DNA from: an uncultured bacterium
Lineage (GTDB): Bacteria > Bacillota > Clostridia > Christensenellales > CAG-917
Length of the DNA: 64,000 nucleotides
Reading direction: 5' to 3'
Assembly: GCA_949432885.1 (NCBI GenBank)
Contig: CASQXY010000004.1
Location: forward strand, 42,900-106,899
A program made the translations under genes and the position numbers. The notes beneath the pieces were generated by a model, which ran no database searches, was not told the origin of the DNA, and saw only the letters and a program-made list of their open reading frames with translations. Numbering within the stretch: position 1 is the first letter of the stretch; each line of letters starts with the position of its first letter. Shown in pieces: positions 1 through 8,700 of the stretch.

Positions 1-249
1 ACGGCAATCCTTGTCGAGCCGCAGGCGGACAGCAAGGTTAAAGTGCTGGAAATGTCCGTGGAGGATTTGGATTTGTCCGTCCGTTCGTACAACTGCTTGA
101 AGCGCGCAAACATTCATACCGTAGACGATTTGACAAGACGTTCCGAGGACGATATGTTGAAGGTGAGAAACCTCGGAAAGAAATCCCTCGAAGAAGTTGT
201 CAAAAAGCTCGAAGACCTCGGTCTGGGCTTGAAGACGCAAGAGGACTAA
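1..249 (+). CDS. rpoA: DNA-directed RNA polymerase alpha subunit, C-terminal fragment (5' end lies outside the window)
   Basis: Frame 1 is open from the window edge. The translation ...[52 protein letters not shown]... matches the helix-hairpin-helix alpha-CTD. Stop TAA at 247-249. The gene sits directly upstream of rplQ, as in the conserved rpoA-rplQ arrangement. Confidence 0.9.
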   Translation, partial: TAILVEPQADSKVKVLEMSVEDLDLSVRSYNCLKRANIHTVDDLTRRSEDDMLKVRNLGKKSLEEVVKKLEDLGLGLKTQED

Positions 250-259
250 GGAGGACAAT

Positions 260-778
260 ATGCCGAAAAAATTAGGAAAACGCACAGACCAAAGATTGGC
301 AATGCTCAAAAATCAAGTTTCCGAGTTGCTGTGGTACGGTGAAATCAGCACCACCGTCGACCGTGCGAAGGCTGTCAGAAGCCTTGCGGAAAAATATATC
401 ACTATCGCTATGAGAGCGTATAAGGATGACGTGAAGGTCACGAAGGAAGTGACTACGACAAACGCAAAGGGCGTGAAATCTCAGACTGCGGTCGAGATTA
501 CAAACGACGGACCGAAGAAGCTCGCCGCTCGCCGCAGACTTATGGCGGAACTCGTCGATTTGCACGAGGTAAAGGGCGAAAAGGAAACGAAGCCCGCATA
601 CAAAGCCCGTATAAAGGACGTCAAGCATCCTCTTATCGAGAAGATTTTCAAGGAGTATGCGCCCAAGTACGACGCTCGCAAAGAGCAGCTCGGACAAGGC
701 GGCGGATATACGAAGATTTTGAAGACGGGAAATAGGCGTGGGGATGCCGCGGCTACTTGCATTCTCAAACTCATTTAA
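260..778 (+). CDS. rplQ: 50S ribosomal protein L17 (long form with internal insertions)
   Basis: RBS aaggagg lies 6 nt upstream. The N-terminus (KLGKRTDQRLAMLKNQVSELL...ISTTVDRAKAVRSLAEKYITIA) and C-terminus (GGYTKILKTGNRRGDAAATCILKLI) are typical L17. At 172 aa it is longer than the roughly 120 aa of model L17 proteins. Confidence 0.9.
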   Translation: MPKKLGKRTDQRLAMLKNQVSELLWYGEISTTVDRAKAVRSLAEKYITIAMRAYKDDVKVTKEVTTTNAKGVKSQTAVEITNDGPKKLAARRRLMAELVDLHEVKGEKETKPAYKARIKDVKHPLIEKIFKEYAPKYDARKEQLGQGGGYTKILKTGNRRGDAAATCILKLI

Positions 779-780
779 TC

Positions 781-912
781 AAAAACCGCGCTATTTGGCG
801 CATTGCATTGTCAACGCCCATATTCCTCACCGTCACGTACGTCAGTACGTTAGGCGGTTCGGAATATGGGCGTTTTCGCGCACTGCATCCAAATATCGCG
901 GTTTTTATTATT
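781..912 (+). terminator. Compound hairpin terminator after rplQ
   Basis: Outer stem aaaaaccgcg (781-790) pairs with cgcggttttt (897-906). A perfect 14-bp inner stem pairs aacgcccatattcc (813-826) with ggaatatgggcgtt (861-874). A T-rich run follows (902-912). Confidence 0.55.
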
Positions 913-1270
913 ATAGTTGGATAGGAAGTGAACACGATGTACACTTATTCAAGGGGCTGCACCAGCGCGTGCAGGGCGCGCGCCTACCTGAGTGCCGAGC
1001 TTGACGTCCCGTACAAGTGAGGGGCAAATTCTGTTTATATTGCCCCGAACGAGTGATATAAACAGTGCTCTATGCTCGTATATGCGAGCGCCGAGTTCCC
1101 CTCCCGTGAGTAACGTAGAGTATAAGCAGAAAGCGTTCCTATTCCGAGCGGGAGGGGAAAGCCCGAAGGGAAGGGGTGGGTTATTAAATTAAAGTACTCA
1201 ACCTACACCCTTGTAGACCACGTCGCCCCACAGCTTATTAGGACACGTCACCCTCAGCTTGATAAATATA

Positions 1271-1325
1271 AAAACGCTTTATTGAGTAAATGCAAAGTGC
1301 GACTTACTCAATATCGCGTTTTTAC
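1271..1325. terminator. Bidirectional intrinsic terminator
   Basis: The sequence aaaaacgctttattgagtaa...ttactcaatatcgcgttttt forms a stem flanked by an A-run on the left and a T-run on the right. It could therefore terminate the minus-strand XRE gene and any plus-strand transcript coming from 913-1270. Confidence 0.6.
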
Positions 1326-1369
1326 AGTGCTTGAATTTGAATATATACAAGCGAGCTTGTGACCGTATT

Positions 1370-1573
1370 TTATTCTTCAAGCAATTCCAAGATGGAAATA
1401 TCGTACGCGTGACATATCGCAAAAATATCGTTAAGAGTCGGGATTATCTTATATATCTCTATCGCACTGACTTTTGATTGCGATATTCCGATTGCTTTAC
1501 CGAATTTTTCTTGGCTTAAATGCAACGATTTACGCAAGTATTTTACGTTGTCACATACATATGAGAAATCCAT
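1370..1573 (-). CDS. XRE-family helix-turn-helix transcriptional regulator (67 aa)
   Basis: LRKSLHLSQEKFGKAIGISQSKVSAIEIYKIIPTLNDIFAICHAYDISILELL is a canonical HTH_3 (Cro/C1) fold pattern. The gene lies in a low-GC islet. Confidence 0.8.
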   Translation of the reverse strand: MDFSYVCDNVKYLRKSLHLSQEKFGKAIGISQSKVSAIEIYKIIPTLNDIFAICHAYDISILELLEE

Positions 1574-1583
1574 AATTCACCTC

Positions 1584-1660
1584 TACAAATATGTTTTTAA
1601 AAATAATACTACAAATAAGTTTGTAAGTAAAGTTTTTTTACAAATATTTTTGTACAAATA
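1584..1660. promoter_or_regulatory. Four direct copies of TACAAATA in the divergent XRE intergenic region (candidate operators)
   Basis: TACAAATA occurs at 1584-1591, 1610-1617, 1639-1646 and 1653-1660, all within the 106-nt spacer between the two divergently transcribed HTH genes. Confidence 0.45.
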
Positions 1661-1679
1661 TAGAATAGAGGTAAGTTTT

Positions 1680-1886
1680 ATGAATTGCAGCGAAGCGTTA
1701 AAATATCAAAGGGAAATTAAAGGATATTCGCAAAGCGCACTGGCGTTGGAGACGGGTATATCGCAACAGAGAATCAGCTATTATGAGAGCGGAAAGCATT
1801 CTCCGTCTATTGAAGATTGTATTAAACTTGCCGATTTTTACGGAATATCACTTGATGAACTAGTAGGGCGAATTTATAAATACTAA
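1680..1886 (+). CDS. XRE-family helix-turn-helix transcriptional regulator (68 aa)
   Basis: I chose the internal ATG at 1680 because it is preceded by the RBS gaggt. The upstream part of the 1548 ORF is AT-rich junk. ALKYQREIKGYSQSALALETGISQQRISYYESGKHSPSIEDCIKLADFYGISLDELV is a canonical HTH_3 sequence. Confidence 0.8.
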   Translation: MNCSEALKYQREIKGYSQSALALETGISQQRISYYESGKHSPSIEDCIKLADFYGISLDELVGRIYKY

Positions 1887-1907
1887 TAACGAAATATCAT
1901 ATTGTAG

Positions 1908-2648
1908 TCACTCCAACGAAGTTGGCAAAGGCTGCCACAAATTGTTTCTTTCCGGGTGGTAGATTGCGCCTAGAATCCTGTCTTTGGCAAAAGGTACGTC
2001 CTTGCAGATATGCTTTATCAAGTCTTTGGCATACTCGCGCTTGCTTGTGTGGTTCATAGGGCAGGGATTGTCGACTACGGGCAGATCAAGTCTGTCGACG
2101 GCGCTTTTTATGTCGCCTTCCTCTATATAAATGAGCGGTCGAATCAGCGACACTCCTGAATTGCTCATGTAAGCCGTCGGGGAAAAGCAGGAGAAGCGAC
2201 CCTCGTAGATTAGGGACAGCAGCATGGTTTCCGCCACGTCATCGGCATTGTGCCCTAGAGCGAGCTTGCCTCCGCCCAATTCGTTTATCTTGCCGTTGAG
2301 CGCGCCTCTGCGCATTTTGGCGCAGAGAGAGCAGGGGTTAGACTCCTTCCTTGCGTCGAATATTATTTCCGCAATGTCCGTCTTCACGATATGGTGAGCT
2401 ACGCCCAGTTCGTTGCATTTTTCCGTCAGAGCGGAAAATGGCACGGCGTTGTCCTTTGTCAGACCCATATCTACGGTGACGGCTTCGAGGGTGAATTTTT
2501 CGGGCGAAAACCTCTGATACGCGGCGAGAGCGCAGAGCAGCAGCGTACTGTCCTTTCCGCCAGAAAGTCCGACGAATATTCTGTCGCCGTCCGCTATCAT
2601 CTTGTAATCCTGTATCGCGCGCCGCATTGCGCTGAGAATTTTTTGCAT
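1908..2648 (-). CDS. ttcA: tRNA 2-thiocytidine biosynthesis PP-loop ATPase (TtcA family)
   Basis: It has the PP-loop VGLSGGKDS and the TtcA-type cysteine motif PCSLCAKMRRG. I placed the start at the internal Met (MQKILSAMRR...), which has ggtga upstream. The ORF-track start at 2699 would add an implausible 17 aa. Confidence 0.8.
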   Translation of the reverse strand: MQKILSAMRRAIQDYKMIADGDRIFVGLSGGKDSTLLLCALAAYQRFSPEKFTLEAVTVDMGLTKDNAVPFSALTEKCNELGVAHHIVKTDIAEIIFDARKESNPCSLCAKMRRGALNGKINELGGGKLALGHNADDVAETMLLSLIYEGRFSCFSPTAYMSNSGVSLIRPLIYIEEGDIKSAVDRLDLPVVDNPCPMNHTSKREYAKDLIKHICKDVPFAKDRILGAIYHPERNNLWQPLPTSLE

Positions 2649-2801
2649 TTTTTCACCGTCTCGTAATAGAATTATATAGACAGAATTATACTCAAACATG
2701 CGCGTAATGACAAGCGCAATCGTTCAATTCGTCTTGACATAATTTTTGTCGTCACGTATACTTGATTTCAAGCGCGGTATGACGCGCGAGGAGACAGCCG
2801 A

Positions 2802-3656
2802 GTGATTGATACCGTAATCGACTTTTTCCGTACGATAACAGGCAACGATTATCTTACGTTATACGTTATTTCGATTATCCCCATCATCGAATTGAGAGGG
2901 GCGATTGTGTTTATGTCGGGAATGTTCAGCAGTGTACAGGAGATGATTGCGGGCATGTTTTGCTGTGTGGCGGGGTCAACTACTGTTATTTTGCCGCTTA
3001 TTCTTATCACCAGACCGCTTATAAGGCGTATGAAACGCTCGAAATGGTTTTCAAAGTTGGCGAAGAGCGTAGAGGCTTCGCTTGCCGACAGGGCGGAGTC
3101 CGCCTATTCCGCCGAAAACGATGCGCGTAAGGCGGAGGAAGCTGCGCAGGACGGAAAAATGAAGAGAAAGCCGCTGTCGACGGATACGAAAAAGTTTTTG
3201 GGGCTGTTTCTTTTTGTGGCTATTCCGCTGCCTATGACGGGGGCTTGGACGGGCTCGTGTATAGGCAGTTTCCTTGATTTCCCCGTTTGGAAAGCCGCGC
3301 TTGCGGTGTTCCTCGGCAATATTGTCGCAGGCTCCATACTGACGGTCATCGCATTTTTTATGCCCAAGCAGTTTGCGGATTTGTTCCTATACGGATTTGT
3401 CATTCTGGCGATTGTTATTGCGTTCATTCTTTATTTTACGCGTTCTAAACGCATGGAAAAGCGCAGACAGGCGGAGCTTGCAAAGTACGGCGGAAAGAAT
3501 GAATACGAATTGGAGCTGCTTAGAAAGGAAGCTGACGAGGACGGCAGAGTACTCATAAAAAAGGAGTATATCGACGAGAACGGCGATAGGCACATTATCA
3601 TCGGAAGGGACGCGAAAAAGAACGAGAACGCGGTCGACGACGATAAAGTTATTTAG
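2802..3656 (+). CDS. Polytopic membrane protein, small-multidrug-export-like (COG2426-type) with charged central loop and C-terminal tail
   Basis: GTG start. The N-terminal motif IIPIIELRGAIVF is typical of the putative small multidrug export family. Several hydrophobic helices flank a Lys/Glu-rich loop. Confidence 0.5.
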   Translation: MIDTVIDFFRTITGNDYLTLYVISIIPIIELRGAIVFMSGMFSSVQEMIAGMFCCVAGSTTVILPLILITRPLIRRMKRSKWFSKLAKSVEASLADRAESAYSAENDARKAEEAAQDGKMKRKPLSTDTKKFLGLFLFVAIPLPMTGAWTGSCIGSFLDFPVWKAALAVFLGNIVAGSILTVIAFFMPKQFADLFLYGFVILAIVIAFILYFTRSKRMEKRRQAELAKYGGKNEYELELLRKEADEDGRVLIKKEYIDENGDRHIIIGRDAKKNENAVDDDKVI

Positions 3657-3917
3657 TGGTTTTGTTTATTTATATGAGGTAATTTGAGACCGTGATTTAT
3701 TATTGAGAAATAATATAGGTTTGATTGAAAAGTTACTGTTAGTAAAAAAGTGAAATTTTGGTTCGGAAAGTAAGAAATTTTATTATTTTGAATATTAGAC
3801 GGAGATATTGAGATGAGTGACGCAAAAGAGGCGCTTTTGAGAACCGCCTAACGTATTTTAGTACGTGACGGCTAGCAAAAACGCCTCTTACAAAGTCAAT
3901 CGTTCAATATCGCTGTT

Positions 3918-4847
3918 TTATGCTTTGTTGTTGCAGCCGAGAACGTTTACCAGCTTATGCTTCACAACCTGCTTTACTGCTTCTCTTGCCGGTCCGAGAT
4001 ACTGTCTGGGGTCGAAATGAGAGGGGTTGAGGGCGAAGTGCTCGCGTATCGCGCCCGTGACCGCGATGCGGAGGTCGCTGTCGATATTTATCTTGCAAAC
4101 AGCCATAGTAGCCGCCTTGCGGAGCATTTCTTCGGGAACGCCCTGCGCACCGGGCATGCTTCCGCCGTAGGAATTGACGATTTTCACAAGCTCCTGCGGA
4201 ACGGAGGACGCGCCGTGAAGCACGATGGGGAAGCCCGGCAGGCGCTTGCCGACCTCTTCGAGTATGTCGAAACGCAGCTGTGCTTGTCCTTTGAATTTGT
4301 ATGCGCCGTGAGACGTGCCGATTGCAATAGCAAGCGAATCCACGCCCGTTTTGGAGACAAATTCCTGCACTTGGTCGGGATCGGTGAATGCCGCGTCCTT
4401 TGCGGATACGTTTACTGCGTCCTCGATACCCGCGAGCTTGCCGAGCTCGGCTTCAACCACGACGCCGTGGTCGTGCGCGTATTCTACAACCTGCTTGGTG
4501 ATGTTGATGTTTTCCGCAAACGGGTGCGCGCTCGCGTCTATCATAACGGAAGTAAAGCCGCTGTCTACGCAATCCTTACAGAGCGCGAAGCTGTCGCCGT
4601 GGTCGAGATGCAAACAGATGGGAAGTCCGCTCGTTTCGACGGCGGCGTCAACCATTTTGGTGAGATAGGCCGTGTTTGCATACTTTCTTGCGCCCGCGGA
4701 AACTTGTAGTATGAGCGGAGCTCTCTCTTCGGTCGCCGCTTCCACGATACCTTGGATAATCTCCATATTGTTGACGTTGAACGCACCGATTGCATATCCG
4801 CCTTCATACGCCTTTTTGAACATTTCAGTTGTTGTAACCAATGGCAT
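3918..4847 (-). CDS. fba: Class II fructose-1,6-bisphosphate aldolase
   Basis: MPLVTTTEMFKKAYEGGYAIGAFNVNNMEIIQGIVEAA...LILQVS...HLDHG...HGASS is full-length class II FBA. Confidence 0.92.
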   Translation of the reverse strand: MPLVTTTEMFKKAYEGGYAIGAFNVNNMEIIQGIVEAATEERAPLILQVSAGARKYANTAYLTKMVDAAVETSGLPICLHLDHGDSFALCKDCVDSGFTSVMIDASAHPFAENINITKQVVEYAHDHGVVVEAELGKLAGIEDAVNVSAKDAAFTDPDQVQEFVSKTGVDSLAIAIGTSHGAYKFKGQAQLRFDILEEVGKRLPGFPIVLHGASSVPQELVKIVNSYGGSMPGAQGVPEEMLRKAATMAVCKINIDSDLRIAVTGAIREHFALNPSHFDPRQYLGPAREAVKQVVKHKLVNVLGCNNKA

Positions 4848-5767
4848 AATTTGTGTAGCCTCCTAGTTATTTTACGGTTAGTATTATACATCCGTGAGAG
4901 AAAAAATTCAACTGTTTGCAATAAATTCCGAATTATCCGTTCCGAAATGTTTCGGTGAAAAAGTGTTACGATATAGCCGCAGGGAAAATCTTGCGAGCCC
5001 GTCAATTCGGACGCGCAACAAAAACTGCTTGTAAAAATCTTAAATTTTTTTAATTTCTCCGAAAAAATTTGTTAAATTATTTTTGTATAAATATTCGCAA
5101 TTTATACGTTCATATGGAATAACCGAGTCGGAGTTTTTATTTAAATCGGATTTTCGACAAGATTTTTACGGTTGCCGTTTGCACGGGGCAGAGTGAAGTT
5201 CGGAATACTTGGGACATTGTGTTTTTGTCGGATTTTGATTCTCGGATATGTGTTATTGTCGGATATGCGGGTTTTTCGGCATGCTAAACGAGTAAATTTG
5301 ACATATAATATGCTCGGCTTGCTGTAATTTTGAGAGAAATACATTCGCGCGGGTTTATCGTTTGCTTATTGCAGATGCGCAATTATCCGAACGGAGCTAT
5401 ATTATAAAGTATGCAATAATACAATAGTTTACCGCATATAGTAAAAGTGTAAACTTATTTTTTGTCCTAGATGTGGCGCCTCGGCGTTGTGCTTTTCACA
5501 AAATATGGAAATTAAATTCCAAATAAATGCATAAAATGTCACTGTTTATTCATAAAAACGGCGTCATAATGCATAAATCTGCAATTATTAAAGGTTTTTA
5601 AGGGTGTTTTTATATAAAAAATCATTTGCCTATTATTAGGTTTTGTATTAAAATATAAAAACAAAGTATTTATACGCTATGTGCGTGTGAGATAAAAATA
5701 CATATAAATTCACAACATATTCAAAGAATGTTCGATAGGTTTTGGGGGAAACCTTTGGAGGATAGAG

Positions 5768-8700
5768 ATGTCAAAGACTGAAAAGAGGCTGAGTATCGTA
5801 TCGATTGTGCTTATTGCGGTTATGGTGTTTACCACCGTTTTCAACGTGGCAATCGGAGGTATTTCCCTTGCGGCTGACGGCAGCGTGGGTTCGGGAGGCA
5901 ACGGTTCTTCCGCCGCTAACAATTTTGAAAAGGTCAATATGGACCTAAGCGCTCTCAGAGAGCAATATGTCAAGCAGTCGCTTATGCAAAAGAATATTGC
6001 TTCTTACGACGGCGAGCGCTGGGTGATTGTGGAGCTTATCGGGGATACTCTTTACGACAAATTCAGTTCCAGTACCCGTTATAACGAGTATTCGGAATTC
6101 GGAAAGAGCGTGGAGGGCAGAAAGGCGAAGGCAAATATTCAAGCCGAGCAGCAGAAGTTCCTTTCCAAGCTCGATTCTCACGGTATCGACTACAAGTTTA
6201 AGTATTCCTATACGGGGCTTGCGAACGCGGTCGCTATAAAGATAAATTCGGACGCTTTCAACGCCGTCAAAAAGATGAACGGCGTTTCCGACGTGTATTA
6301 TACGGAAAATTATGCCGTTCCTACCGTCGAGGCGGTGACTAACAACGCGAACGTTTATACGACGGGCATTTACGATTCCTCGGATATCGATTATAAGGGC
6401 GAGGGTATGGTCGTGGCAGTGCTCGATACGGGTCTCGACTATACGCACGAAGCGTTTGCCGCGATGCCCAAGAATCCGAGCCTCGGCTGGGACAAGGCTT
6501 ATATCGAGGAAAAGATTTCTTCTCCCAATTTCAATGCGGTGGGTACCGCGGACGATTTCTATTACAATGAGAAAATTCCGTTTGCATACGATTATGCGGA
6601 CGATGATACGGACGTATATCCGTCTTACTCCTCGCACGGCACTCACGTGGCGGGTATCGTTGCGGGCAGCAGCGACTACGTCGTGAACAAGGAGACGGGC
6701 GAAAAGTTCATCGGCGTTGCTCCCGAAGCACAGCTTGTCATCGGCAAGGTTTTCACCGACAACCTTGACAGCGAAGGACTCGGCGGAGCAAACTCCATGG
6801 ACATTCTCGCGGCGGTCGAAGACTGCGCCCTGCTCGGCGTGGACGTTATCAATATGAGTTTGGGAACGGCGGCCGGCTTTACGGACGAAAGAAGCTCCAC
6901 TTGGATTACGGAAGTTTACGCACAGGTTGAGGCGGCGGGTATCAGCCTCGTAGTCGCGGCAAGTAACGATTACAGCTCCGGCTTCGGCGGCGGCAACGGT
7001 ACCAACCTTGCAAGCAATCCCGACAGCGGTACGGTGGGCTCTCCCTCGACATACGGCTTTGCGCTTTCCGTCGCTTCTATCAATGGACAGAAATCAGATT
7101 ATCTCATTGCGAACGACGACCCAAATCAAGTTGCGTTTATAACGGAATCCAGCAACGAGTTCGGCGTGGCGTTTGAATTTGTGGATTTGCTCTACGAAAT
7201 CGCGGCGCAGACGAGGAACGTAGCTTCCGTAGCAAGAACGGAAAATCTGAAATTCAAATACGTGGTTATCGGAGACGTCGGACGTCCCGGCAACTATACT
7301 TCTACTATAAAGAGAAGACTTGCGGATAAGACGGGCTATGACGGAACGATTGCTCTTGTCAAGCGCGGAGACACTACGTTTGCGGAAAAGGTTCAGGCGG
7401 CTATGGACGCAGGCGCGGACGCGTGTATCATATACAACAGCGTCGCAGGTACGATAAGAATGTCTCTCGGCGACGTGGAGAACCCGATTCCGACGTGTTC
7501 TATAACTATGGACGCAGGCAAGGTGCTTGTGGATAACGCGGACAGAAGAACGTCGTGCGGAAGCGTAACCGTCAACGCAAGCGAACAGATTGCGGGTCCG
7601 TTCATGTCTGATTTTTCGAGCTGGGGACCCACGCCCGACCTGCATCTCAAACCCGAAATCACCGCTCACGGCGGCGAAATTACGTCGGCGGTTGCAGGCG
7701 GATACGACGTATACAGCGGCACATCTATGGCGGCTCCGAATATGGCGGGCGCGATTGCGCTTCTGCGTCAGCACCTCAAAGCCGAGGGGCTTCAAGGCAA
7801 GGATCTCAGCGCAAGAATAAATCAAGTGCTTATGAGTACCGCCACTATTGCGAATAACGACAGCGGCAACCCCTATTCGCCCAGAAAGCAGGGCGCGGGT
7901 CTTGCGGGTATTAAGGACGCGATAGACTCCGAGGGCTATATCACTGTCAACGACGCCAAAGGCAACGTTAGCGATAAAACCAAAATCGAGCTTTTCGACG
8001 ACCCGATGAAGAAGGGCGTGTACGAGCTTAGATTCACAATGCATAACACGACGGATAGCATGCAGACCTATGAGCCGAAGGTTTACGTTATGACAGAAAC
8101 CATGTCCTCCGATATGAAGACGGTGGCGGAAAAGGCTTATATTCTGAATAATGACTGCACTATCGAGTACAGAGTGGGCGGACAGGTCCACAGCGGCACG
8201 CTTACAGTACCGCAGAACAGCACCGTAGAGGTGGAAATCAAAATTACTCTCGGCGCGGGAGCGAGAGAGTATCTCGATAAGAATTTCATCAACGGAATGT
8301 TTGTCGAAGGCTTCGTGTCTATGGTTGCGACGGGAAATACGAAGATAACGCTTGGACTGCCTTATCTGGCGTTTTACGGCGACTGGACTGACGCGCCTCT
8401 GTTTGATTACGACACGTACGAACTTGCGGAAAGCGAAAAGGACTCCGAAATCAAGACCGAAAACAAGCTCAAAGCCAGCGCTGCCGAGACTAGAATCATC
8501 GGCATGTATTACAACGACGAATATATTCTCCCCCTCGGACAGTATATATACGAGCAGGACGAAGAGGAAGTTCAGATTTATCCCGAAAGAGAAAAAATCG
8601 CAATTTCCATGTTCGACGACACGACGTACGGACATACGATTTACGAGATATACGCAGTCTATGCGGGTTTGTTGCGCGGCGCCGCTTATATGAACGTAGT

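Noticed and set aside
738-1192. Two plus-strand ORFs (88 aa and 66 aa) downstream of rplQ
   Set aside because: They have no RBS. One starts inside rplQ, and both cross the terminator hairpins. The peptide composition is atypical. I treat the region as non-coding and structured (see findings).
913-1270. Possible RNase P RNA, tmRNA, SRP RNA or a riboswitch
   Set aside because: By eye I could not find the universal RNase P GAGGAAAGUCC box, a tRNA-like 3' end with a tag reading frame, the SRP GGAA/AGCA motifs, or the core strings of common riboswitches that I remember. No plus-strand gene follows that a riboswitch could control. The identity stays open.
1370-1886. Possible toxin-antitoxin pair
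   Set aside because: Both proteins are plain HTH_3 regulators of about 67 aa. Neither has a toxin-like domain, and they are divergent rather than co-transcribed.
3813-3851. A 12-codon mini-ORF (MSDAKEALLRTA) with a GGAGA upstream, possibly a leader peptide
   Set aside because: No plus-strand gene lies downstream that it could regulate (fba is on the other strand). It also overlaps the hairpin that probably terminates fba.
5141-5344. A 67-aa minus-strand ORF in the long AT-rich intergenic region
   Set aside because: It has no RBS, its composition is odd for a protein, and it lies within the motif cluster discussed as regulatory.
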